This document shows positions 9,898-17,920 of a DNA stretch of 64,000 nt, piece by piece (within the stretch, counting starts at the first letter, position 1; every line of letters starts with the position of its first letter). The notes under the pieces are model-generated. The model had not been told where the DNA came from. It saw only the letters and a list, made by a program, of their open reading frames with translations, and ran no database searches. The translations under genes were made by a program, and so were the position numbers. Location of the stretch: the IMG/VR virus record IMGVR_UViG_3300025121_000017, one strand, 5' to 3'. Origin of the DNA: an uncultured virus (IMG/VR IMGVR_UViG_3300025121_000017). Its lineage: Duplodnaviria; Heunggongvirae; Uroviricota; Caudoviricetes.

Positions 9898-9965
9898 GAT
9901 GTTACGCACAGGAGGCCCAACTTAGTCCTTGCTACCCTACGCAAATATATGCTAATGTGTGTTCC

Positions 9966-10208
9966 ATGATTATATTTTCACTCGGTAAGGCTGCAGCCTA
10001 CTTAGGTAAGCATCCACAGACGCTTCAACGTTGGGATCGAGACGGTACTCTCCGCGCAGGACGGTTACCGTCCGGTAGGCGGGTTTACACGCAGGCACAG
10101 CTCGACGCGTGCATTACGGAAGAGAATCCTGAAAGTCCGCCTAAGGACCTGTTGGCGAGGGTAGAGGAGTTGGAGAAGAAGATGGCAGCGCTGGAGGGGA
10201 AGAAGTGA
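9966..10208 (+). CDS. tnpA: IS607 TnpA remnant: MerR-like HTH plus coiled coil, no serine-recombinase catalytic domain
   Basis: SLGKAAAYLGKHPQTLQRWDRDG..GRRVY; only 80 aa; GTGA overlap with tnpB. Confidence 0.75.
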   Translation: MIIFSLGKAAAYLGKHPQTLQRWDRDGTLRAGRLPSGRRVYTQAQLDACITEENPESPPKDLLARVEELEKKMAALEGKK

Positions 10209-11320
10209 TCCGTGCGCATAAGATCAAGCTGAACCCGACTCCGGAGCAGGAGATCTACTTCCGCAAGGCATGCGGCTGCTCCCGCCTTGCGTTCAACTGG
10301 ATGCTGGCGGAGTGGAAGAAGAGGTATGAGTCCGGAGAGAAGTCAACCGCGATAAGCATGACGAAAGCCTTTCGATCCGTGAAGGGTGAGCTGTTTCCGT
10401 TTATGGCAGAAGTGACGAAGTGCGTGGTGGACGGTGCTCGGATCGATATCGGCAGTGCCTTCTCCAACTTCTTCCGAGAGGCCAAGTCCGGCAAGGTAGG
10501 CTATCCCAAGTTCAAATCAAAGCATCGTTCCAAGCCTGCCTTCTATCTGGCGAATGACAAGTTCTCAGTCGATAAACATATCTTGCACGTCCCCAAGCTA
10601 GGTCCCGTCAATATAACTGAACCCCTCCGACTAACCGGCAAGATCCTCTCCGGACGGATCAGCTTCAAAGCGGGTTACTGGTGGGTGGCGATCCAGGTTG
10701 AGTTACCCGATCTGTCCGCCGCAGCCCACACGGGACCAGCGATCGGCGTCGACCTCGGCTTGAAAGAGCTGGCAGTCTGCTCGGATGGGAGACGTTTCCC
10801 GAATCCGAAGCATCTGCAAACCGGCTTGAGGAAGATAAAATCCCTATCCCGCTCCCTAAGCAGGAAAGTTCAAGGCAGCGCGAACTGGCTGAAAGCCAAG
10901 GCTAAACTCGCGCGTGCTCATTACAGGATCGCCTGCAAGCGATCCGATGCGATCCATAAGATGACGACTGAGCTGAGCCGATCTGCCAGCCTGATCGGCA
11001 TGGAGGATCTGAACGTTAAAGATATGGTCCAGAACAGGAGACGGGCACGGTCCATTTCGGATGCCGTCTGGGGTGAAATCAAACGCCAACTCCTTTACAA
11101 AGTACCCGATCGGGTTGTCGAGATTGATCGCTGGTTTCCTTCGAGCAGGCTTTGCGGTGCCTGCGGGGTGGTCAACCAGGACCTAACTCTGGCGGATCGG
11201 ACCTGGACGTGCCCCTGCGGGAGAGAGCATGACCGCGATCTGAACGCTTCAGTTAACATACGTGACGAGGCGATCCGAATTTTGAAGCTGGTCCCGGTAG
11301 TGGCTACCTCGGGACTTTAA
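10205..11320 (+). CDS. tnpB: RNA-guided endonuclease TnpB, copy 1
   Basis: RuvC-I GVDLG, RuvC-II MEDL, Zn finger CxxC..CxC, RuvC-III DRDLNA all intact. Confidence 0.95.
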   Translation: MIRAHKIKLNPTPEQEIYFRKACGCSRLAFNWMLAEWKKRYESGEKSTAISMTKAFRSVKGELFPFMAEVTKCVVDGARIDIGSAFSNFFREAKSGKVGYPKFKSKHRSKPAFYLANDKFSVDKHILHVPKLGPVNITEPLRLTGKILSGRISFKAGYWWVAIQVELPDLSAAAHTGPAIGVDLGLKELAVCSDGRRFPNPKHLQTGLRKIKSLSRSLSRKVQGSANWLKAKAKLARAHYRIACKRSDAIHKMTTELSRSASLIGMEDLNVKDMVQNRRRARSISDAVWGEIKRQLLYKVPDRVVEIDRWFPSSRLCGACGVVNQDLTLADRTWTCPCGREHDRDLNASVNIRDEAIRILKLVPVVATSGL

Positions 11321-11430
11321 AACGTCTGTGGAGGGATCAGTGCACTGGGCTGACCCTGAGAAGCAGGAATTGAAGCGTGCTCATATGGTTGGGCACGTGG
11401 AGAGTAGCAGGGCTTCCTCGTGCAGCGCGT
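11291..11430 (+). ncRNA. TnpB omegaRNA 1; scaffold ends 11410, guide GGCTTCCTCGTGCAGCGCGT
   Basis: Hairpins GTCCCG..CGGGAC and GTGCTCA..TGGGCAC; similarity to the other copies stops at GTAGCAG; 5' end uncertain. Confidence 0.75.
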
Positions 11431-11574
11431 GCTGGACACCGGAGAAGGCGCGCGGGACTCGTTGGTCAAGCTCGTAGGCGAGCTGGCGAGGCTTGACCGG
11501 GGTGAGACGGAAGGGCTGACTGCGGTTATCCCGTGCGCGCCGACGACAAGAAGAGCATAATCTTCGTTGAATAA

Positions 11575-11609
11575 ATGTCATTGACATTTTAAAGCGACTC
11601 GGCTAGTCT
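11575..11609 (+). promoter_or_regulatory. Promoter with ATGTCATTGACAT box
   Basis: TTGACA(11581)-N17-TAGTCT, then AACCTGA and GGAGG. Confidence 0.75.
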
Positions 11610-11633
11610 TGTGCTTGAACCTGAGGCGGAGGA

Positions 11634-11915
11634 GTGACTATGGCAGAATCCACGGCAGACAAAGTACGGCGCGAAGGTATCCGAATGCACTGGCGTGCGA
11701 CTCCAGCCATGCTAGCTGCGGTTAAGGGAGGCCCAGTGGGTAAGTCTGGACGTCCTGTACATCTGGAGACTTACGAGATGTACGAGTGGAACGGCTACAT
11801 CTGGCAGTTCCTGCCGGACGGAACGTTCAACGGTTGGCTGTGTGCGGCGAGCCTGGCGGAACAGTTCGGGTTGGCCAAGGCTGAAGGTGCTGCAGAGCGA
11901 AAGGAGCGCTTGTGA
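11634..11915 (+). CDS. Hypothetical protein
   Basis: Strong RBS GGAGGAG; coupled to the next gene. Confidence 0.65.
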   Translation: MTMAESTADKVRREGIRMHWRATPAMLAAVKGGPVGKSGRPVHLETYEMYEWNGYIWQFLPDGTFNGWLCAASLAEQFGLAKAEGAAERKERL

Positions 11916-12139
11916 GCGTCACGACTGCCAAGAATAAGAAGACAGCCGTAGTCGTGTGCGGCGGTCCCCGCGTAACCGGTTGCGGCGCAACGTCATCAGC
12001 GTATCCTGTAGGACGTTGCGCGCCGGACCTGGACGCGAGCGAGGCATCGGAGAAGGACGGATGGAGCTTCGATTGTGACGTCTGGGCTATGATGCTCGGG
12101 CACTCAAATCTGTGTCCGAACTGCACGCAGCCGAAGTAA
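11912..12139 (+). CDS. Small Cys-rich (putative zinc-binding) protein
   Basis: C..CG and CPNC motifs; GTGA overlap. Confidence 0.55.
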   Translation: MSVTTAKNKKTAVVVCGGPRVTGCGATSSAYPVGRCAPDLDASEASEKDGWSFDCDVWAMMLGHSNLCPNCTQPK

Positions 12140-12149
12140 GGTAATAGAC

Positions 12150-13568
12150 GTGACTACCACCGCCCTCATCCCCCGCACCACCGTAACCGAGATCTGCGCC
12201 CAACGCGACGCCGCCATGTCCGCGATGCGCCGTGCCGCCGATGCCATGTCTTCCGGCAGCACCCTGGCCGAGCAGTCCTACCACTTCGCACAGCTCGCCC
12301 ACGGCGGCGCAACCTTCACGCTCGCGGACCGGAGCAAGTCCGCCGCTTACAAGCGCCTCTTCGAGTCTATTGACCCGGCTGCGTCGCTCGAGGCATATCG
12401 CCAGCAAGTCGACGCCCGGGTGTGGATGAACCTCCTGGCTCTGACCGGCATGGATGCCATGATGGACCGGACCGCCAAGGATGAGCTGTACAAGCAGCTA
12501 TGCGGGAGCGTCCCGGAAGTTACTGAAGACACGGTCTACGCCACGCTCGAGGGGCTGAGGCGTGACGCCTACCTGATCTTTCAGCGGGGACTCGCGCGGG
12601 CCTTCATCGACCTGGATCGGCGTTTCCGCTCGCACGACGCGTTCAAGCTCGGCGCGCGCATCATTCTGACGAGAGTGTTCAACGATTGGGGCAGTTGGAA
12701 CTCTTACAACGGAACACGCGAGACGATCTGCGACGTTGAGCGCGTCTTTGCCGTCCTGGACGGCAACAAACCTGATCCGCGTGGACTCATCGACGCAATC
12801 GACGCTGGGCGCGGGCGTGGCCTCAACCCGAGGCAGTCGGTCACGGAGTCGAGCTATTTCCGCATAAAGACCTACATGAACGGCAACGCGCATCTTTGGT
12901 TCACAGAAGATGCCCTGGTCACCAAAGCCAATCAGGTACTCGCCGACTACTATGGGGAGGTGCTGCCGGACGGCGTGCCGGATGACGTAACTGATCGCGA
13001 CATCCGGGAAAAGTCCACCGCGCTATGCAAGGACCTGAGCTTCTACCCGACACCCGACGCAGTTATTAGGAAGCTGTTGGCGGAGGTGCACATTGACGCC
13101 GAGAGTCATGTACTCGAGCCGTCTGCTGGGGACGGAAGCATCGTCCGTGCGCTGTTGGCAAAAGGCGCGCGAGTTGACGCCGTTGAAGTGGAGCCAGGAC
13201 GCGTGAGAGCTCTGCAGGAGCTGGAGCGCGGGGACCGGCGATTGACCGTCACCCACGCCAACTTTCTGACCATGCCGCCGCGTCCAGTATACAGCCATGT
13301 CGTTATGAACCCGCCTTTCTACGGTGTTCATTTTATGCAGCACGTGATGCGCGCGTATGAGTTCTTGAGGCCAGGAGGCAAGCTCGTGGCTGTGCTGCCC
13401 GCTTCGGTTGAGTTCAACGAGAGTAAGCAGCACGACGCGTTTCGCAAGTGGGCTAAGAAGCACAGTGAACGCTACAGCCAGCTTTTCACGGACCTGCCGG
13501 CTGAGTCTTTCGCTGCGGCGGGGACTCGTATCAATACTGTGTACATTTTGCTCCACAAGGGGCGCTAG
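12150..13568 (+). CDS. DUF4942-type N-terminus fused to an amino-methyltransferase (adenine DNA MTase-like)
   Basis: FYPTP, VLEPSAGDG (motif I), VMNPPF (motif IV); N-terminal YMNGNAHLWF motif. Confidence 0.85.
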   Translation: MTTTALIPRTTVTEICAQRDAAMSAMRRAADAMSSGSTLAEQSYHFAQLAHGGATFTLADRSKSAAYKRLFESIDPAASLEAYRQQVDARVWMNLLALTGMDAMMDRTAKDELYKQLCGSVPEVTEDTVYATLEGLRRDAYLIFQRGLARAFIDLDRRFRSHDAFKLGARIILTRVFNDWGSWNSYNGTRETICDVERVFAVLDGNKPDPRGLIDAIDAGRGRGLNPRQSVTESSYFRIKTYMNGNAHLWFTEDALVTKANQVLADYYGEVLPDGVPDDVTDRDIREKSTALCKDLSFYPTPDAVIRKLLAEVHIDAESHVLEPSAGDGSIVRALLAKGARVDAVEVEPGRVRALQELERGDRRLTVTHANFLTMPPRPVYSHVVMNPPFYGVHFMQHVMRAYEFLRPGGKLVAVLPASVEFNESKQHDAFRKWAKKHSERYSQLFTDLPAESFAAAGTRINTVYILLHKGR

Positions 13569-13578
13569 GAACACACAC

Positions 13579-14163
13579 ATGGCAATCGACTTCTCAAAAC
13601 TCCTTTCTCTGGACACCAAGCAACGCCTCAACCGCGAAGCCGCGACCCGCGCCTACTACCGCGCACTGACCAACGCGGAGCTCGCGTCCGAGGCCTCCTA
13701 CTACCTCGGCAATTGTAGCCGCGACGGACTCGCGTCCGGCCAGATGGGCGACCACTACGACGCCACGATGCGGCACGCGGTGCTGCCGGAGCTCATGCGC
13801 CGGGTCGCCGTCGCTGGCGGTGAGGGTGACTGTCCGCACTGCGAGACGCGGCATCCGGCGCCGTCGAAGTTTAAACAGCACGCGACCATGTTCTGCCCGC
13901 CGGAGCGGGGTGGAGACCGCCACGTGGCTCCGCACCCGTGGGCCAGGTGGAGCGCGGAGCAGCTGACGGACACGAGCGCGGAGAATTGGGACACCGATCG
14001 TCTGTGGATCGTTCAGCGCGAGAAGTTCTGCTGGCGGGTGGAGCGGCTGACTCGATCGCGCGTGGAGCTGGATGAGACGGGGAAGGTTAACCAGGTGCTG
14101 TGGGCTGTGCCGTTTATTGCGCCGTACCCGAGTGTGCATACGTGGGCATGCCTCAATGGATGA
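13579..14163 (+). CDS. Hypothetical protein (CxxC)
   Basis: AGGA RBS, ATG 13579. Confidence 0.6.
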   Translation: MAIDFSKLLSLDTKQRLNREAATRAYYRALTNAELASEASYYLGNCSRDGLASGQMGDHYDATMRHAVLPELMRRVAVAGGEGDCPHCETRHPAPSKFKQHATMFCPPERGGDRHVAPHPWARWSAEQLTDTSAENWDTDRLWIVQREKFCWRVERLTRSRVELDETGKVNQVLWAVPFIAPYPSVHTWACLNG

Positions 14164-14506
14164 TCTGACACATAGGGAACAAGGCGCGGGCGGCGCTCGC
14201 CGCGCTGAGAGGAGTGACGCCATGACCCCTACGAACGTCGTGGATAGCCTCCACGCCTGTTTGGCTTTCTCGCCACGCGACTGGGGCGCAAACAAGCGCG
14301 ACGCCTGGCTATGGGGCATCATCTGCGGGTGGGACGCCGAGAGTCTCGACGAGCTCAGGGTGCGCTTCCGGTGGAGCGCTGCGGAAGTAGCACGCCTGCG
14401 GAAGCTGCGGCAGAATTCGTCACGATTGGGCGTCAGATCGAAGCACGCTCCGTTGAGATGCGTCCTGACGCGGGTCCGCAGTAAATTTATCGCAAAATGT
14501 CATTGA
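14156..14506 (+). CDS. Hypothetical protein
   Basis: RDWxxxxRDAWLWGIxxGW motif; start may be 14222. Confidence 0.55.
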   Translation: MDDLTHREQGAGGARRAERSDAMTPTNVVDSLHACLAFSPRDWGANKRDAWLWGIICGWDAESLDELRVRFRWSAAEVARLRKLRQNSSRLGVRSKHAPLRCVLTRVRSKFIAKCH

Positions 14507-14531
14507 CATTCCATTCCGCCCATAGTAATCT
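14497..14531 (+). promoter_or_regulatory. Promoter with ATGTCATTGACAT box
   Basis: TTGACA(14503)-N17-TAATCT, then AACCTGA, CGGAG, ATG 14564. Confidence 0.75.
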
Positions 14532-14563
14532 CTGTTCATCAACCTGAACGAACGGAGCGCACC

Positions 14564-16042
14564 ATGGACACACTGACCCGCGACGAGCTGACATTCAAAA
14601 TCCTCCGCAGCAAGCTTCCCCGCGCACAGGAGCTCGCCGCCAAGCTCGGCCTCGAGCTGGAAGTCGGGGACATTGATGAGATACGCCTCGCGGCTTCTAT
14701 TTACGAGCAACAGAACGACTGCTGCGCTCCGTCGTACGACCGCCTGCCCGCTGGTATTCAGCGGTGGGCGCACGATCTCGCGGAGGCGCATTGCATTATC
14801 ACCGCCCACGCTCCGCGCTCCGAATGGTCCGTTGTGGCCATCGCGGATCGGTCAGAGGGCGCGCCGATGTTTCACGCCATCGACCCGACGATCCCTTACT
14901 GGACATCGGAGCGCATGGACGCGGTCAACTTCGGACGCTGCGACGAGTGCGGTGTCCAGTCGCGGCGCAACAAGGTCTTTATCGTGGCGCGGGACACCAT
15001 GGCAGCGGAGGGCCAGCCGCACGGAAGCGATGTCGTTGAAGTTGAGGACGGCAAGCGCTGGGTCTACACCCGCCAGATTGGCGGCACGTGCGCCAAGCAC
15101 CTCAACCTGGCCAAGAAGGTCCGGGACCTGCTCGACGGGTTCCAGTCCTTCCTGTCTGGGCTGAGCAACGACGAAGACGAGGACGGTTGGGGCAGCTTCG
15201 GTTCCTCAGGCGTCCCGACTTACTGCCTGCCTCTTGTGCTCCTCTTCGCGGAGGAGACAATCGGCTTCGAGGGCTATGTGTCGCGCAAGTCGTCCGAAGT
15301 CACCGGGCGCATGACGACGGCGCAGCAGGTTCGCGCCGCAGTGTGTGACGCGAAAGGCAAGCTTGCAAAAGAGCTCCGCGCCACTGAGCAGTGGAAGCGA
15401 GCGCTGGCCCGGTCGGAAGCTGGCGAGGGCGAGGCCCTGGCGGCGGAGATCGTGTCCTGGCTTGACGCACAGTCCGATGACAGTTTCCATCGGAACATCC
15501 GGACGGCTTTCACGTCTCAAGCGGAACGCTACATCGGACTGGTCGTCTTTGCCGTCGCCGAGATTCGGAACTGGCGGCTCGAGATCGAGGCTCGCAAGCG
15601 CAAGGCTGAGCCGAAGTGCTACGTGCACGTTGAGACGTCGCTGGATGACGTGCTCGCTGCGTGCGAGCTGAGCGCCGCGGAGCTGGGGGAGTTGCTGGGG
15701 CACGAGTTGACGGGGAAGGTCAAGGCACCTGCACGCAAGGCACTGGCCAAGGTGCTGCCGGGTGTCTGGACGCTTATTGCGCGGGCGAGCTGGGACAGTC
15801 AGTTCGGCTGGCAGGATATGCTTCAACTCGAGCGCGCGGACGGCTCGCGTGTCAAGTGGATAACTGGCAGCCTGGACAGCGACACCAGCTGGCAGAAGGG
15901 TGACAGGTATCTTGTCCTGGCGGCGTCGCTCGGCGAGGATATGGGTGCGCACGAGAAATACGGGGTTCAGGGGCGGAAGATCTCTCGCGCCTGGATCGTG
16001 CCTGTCCCGGTTAAGAATGTGGAGGTGTCGGATGCAGCGTAA
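14564..16042 (+). CDS. Hypothetical protein with CxxC...C Zn-binding motif and possible C-terminal OB-like region
   Basis: 492 aa; RCDECG..RR..F..IGGTCA. Confidence 0.7.
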   Translation: MDTLTRDELTFKILRSKLPRAQELAAKLGLELEVGDIDEIRLAASIYEQQNDCCAPSYDRLPAGIQRWAHDLAEAHCIITAHAPRSEWSVVAIADRSEGAPMFHAIDPTIPYWTSERMDAVNFGRCDECGVQSRRNKVFIVARDTMAAEGQPHGSDVVEVEDGKRWVYTRQIGGTCAKHLNLAKKVRDLLDGFQSFLSGLSNDEDEDGWGSFGSSGVPTYCLPLVLLFAEETIGFEGYVSRKSSEVTGRMTTAQQVRAAVCDAKGKLAKELRATEQWKRALARSEAGEGEALAAEIVSWLDAQSDDSFHRNIRTAFTSQAERYIGLVVFAVAEIRNWRLEIEARKRKAEPKCYVHVETSLDDVLAACELSAAELGELLGHELTGKVKAPARKALAKVLPGVWTLIARASWDSQFGWQDMLQLERADGSRVKWITGSLDSDTSWQKGDRYLVLAASLGEDMGAHEKYGVQGRKISRAWIVPVPVKNVEVSDAA

Positions 16043-16531
16043 CGAGTTGGGTCACCCGGAGCGGCGTCCGGGTGAGGTGTTCCTGGCAATCACGAGGCAG
16101 CTTACCTGCCTCCGTTCTTAACGGCACGTGCCGGAGTTCGCGCTTACTGTGTGGACGGGAGTCCGTACCCGTGCCAGCAAGAGTCAGGCATCGTGCCTTT
16201 ATTTGTCGCAGCAGCTGAGGCGCGTGTCTGCTGGGAGGTGCGAGCGACGCAGTCCCCGTCCCCGCCGCTGGCGGAGTATCTGCGCGAGCAGATCGCTTCG
16301 CTTGACACCTTGGCACAGGAGGGCGCCCGTGAAACGATACGTCTCTACAACTGTTCAAGTTCGATACTTCCCCGCGCGGCAAGGAAAGATGGAACGTATC
16401 CTGGTCAAGGCAGGCGAGTTCGCCGAGACGCTCTACCCGGATACGCATCGCGCATTTGCGTCGTTCAAACAGCTTCTAGCTGGGCGGGAGTCCGTGTCCG
16501 TTCCAGGCTTCGTCGGGCGCAACGGCATTGA
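16032..16531 (+). pseudogene. Frameshifted hypothetical gene (break near 16087)
   Basis: MQRNELGHPERRPGEVFL.. continues in the other frame as NHEAAYLPPFLTARAGVRAYCVDG..PLFV; GGAGGT RBS before 16032. Confidence 0.5.
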
Positions 16532-16689
16532 GATAGGCGAAAGATGATGCATTTAGCTTTACTCCACGGCGGTCCTCTCGGGCTGTGCATCGCAGACATT
16601 GCACTGCTCGTGCAGCTGAGCAGCGCGACGCTACCCTACATCGCTCATTTCATCGCAGGACTGGTGCTCCTGCTCCGAAAGGTGCTCGC

Positions 16690-17187
16690 GTGATTCTGCC
16701 AATCATCAAACCGCCGGATCCGATCCTCTCTCGCGAAGCCGTCCCGGTACTTCCGGGTCAGGACATCTCCGCTCTCATCCGGGACATGATCGACACTCTG
16801 CGCGCCTCCCCGGGCGGCGTGGGGCTTGCTGCGCCGCAGGTGGGGCACAAGCTACGCGTCATTGTTGTCGACCCGACTGGAGGGCGAGAGCCTGCTCGTG
16901 TAATGATCAACCCAGAGATCGTGACGACGTGGGGCGGTGGCATAGCTGAAGCGGAAATGTGCCTTTCATTACCCCTGATTCGGCACACCGTCGAGCGCGC
17001 ATCTTTCGTCACGGTGCGGTATACTGATGCTGAGCACCAGCTCGTTGAGCGAGACTGCTCCGTTTGGGAATCTCGCATCGTTCAACACGAGGTCGACCAC
17101 CTGAATGGGCGAACCCTGCTCATGCACATGAAACCCATGGCGCGAGCTCGCGCGCTCGAGACGATCCGCCTCGGCAGGAAGGTGTAA
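16690..17187 (+). CDS. def: Peptide deformylase
   Basis: GVGLAAPQVG, EMCLSLP, QHEVDHLNG signature motifs. Confidence 0.95.
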   Translation: MILPIIKPPDPILSREAVPVLPGQDISALIRDMIDTLRASPGGVGLAAPQVGHKLRVIVVDPTGGREPARVMINPEIVTTWGGGIAEAEMCLSLPLIRHTVERASFVTVRYTDAEHQLVERDCSVWESRIVQHEVDHLNGRTLLMHMKPMARARALETIRLGRKV

Positions 17188-17188
17188 A

Positions 17189-17437
17189 ATGGCGACCGAC
17201 CTATCCCCACAAGAGCGCGACTACCTCTATGCCCTCGCGTGTAGTGGACCCCAGCGCGTGTTACGCTCCAGCCTATCCGACACGACAAAGACGCTCGCGC
17301 GGCTCGGGTACGTGCACATATACCCGGTCCAGGGGCGCGGGACATCCGCGGCAGACGACGCCTTGATCAGTGCCAGCGAGCAGGCGATGCAGGCTCTCGA
17401 AGCTGCACGCGACGCTGCCTCGCCGCTATCGAGGTAA
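17189..17437 (+). CDS. Hypothetical protein
   Basis: ORF directly after def. Confidence 0.55.
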   Translation: MATDLSPQERDYLYALACSGPQRVLRSSLSDTTKTLARLGYVHIYPVQGRGTSAADDALISASEQAMQALEAARDAASPLSR

Positions 17438-17443
17438 CCGCGC

Positions 17444-17842
17444 ATCAACCCCGACATCCATTCGCCACGCCTCCCGGCGCACATCTCGCCTATCCCATGC
17501 CCCCGCCGCACTGGCCGGAAGCGCCCCGGGGCTGCGCGCGGGTCTTATGTCTGCGATGGGTGCGGTGGGGCTTACCACGCATATCGCTGCCCGGATATCC
17601 CCGCGCAGGGGCGCTTCAGCTGGGCCAGGCGTGAGCTTGAGACATGGCAGGCAGGGGAGCGCCCGTTCACGTCGGAGTGGTTTTGGAGCAGCGGCACCGT
17701 ACCTCGAGGGCGATCGACGCTGCTGTGGTATTTGAAGGTACGCAAGCTCGCGGCGTTTGTAGAGGAACATCGTGGATGCGGAGAAACGAACTTTGACGAT
17801 GAGACGTGGGAAGCGACGCTAGCGCTTATGCACGCCACGTAA
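17444..17842 (+). CDS. Probable Cys/His-containing protein missed by the ORF track (ATC start or read-through)
   Basis: Open frame from TAA 17437 to TAA 17842; GAGGT 8 nt before ATC; CDGCGG..H..RC, HRGC. Confidence 0.45.
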   Translation: MNPDIHSPRLPAHISPIPCPRRTGRKRPGAARGSYVCDGCGGAYHAYRCPDIPAQGRFSWARRELETWQAGERPFTSEWFWSSGTVPRGRSTLLWYLKVRKLAAFVEEHRGCGETNFDDETWEATLALMHAT

Positions 17843-17920
17843 CGCCATTGCTATTGCAGAGTCCGCAGATAGCCGCTACAATCGCTTGACATATTTTACC
17901 GCAGCATAGGAGGCTTCCCC

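Larger units (their letters stand above)
9915..11410 (+). mobile_element. IS607-family element, copy 1 (truncated tnpA + tnpB + omegaRNA)
   Basis: MerR-type HTH ORF overlapping tnpB; right end GAGAGTAGCAG shared with copies 2 and 3; left junction inferred after GGAG (9911-9914). Confidence 0.75.

Noticed and set aside
11411..11430. Second target for the copy 1 or copy 2 guide, or a recoded duplicate as in copy 3
   Set aside because: By eye I found no matching DNA or peptide upstream or elsewhere in the window; the LDEKA similarity between ORF 22057 and the ORF 17921 tail is too short. A computational search was not possible
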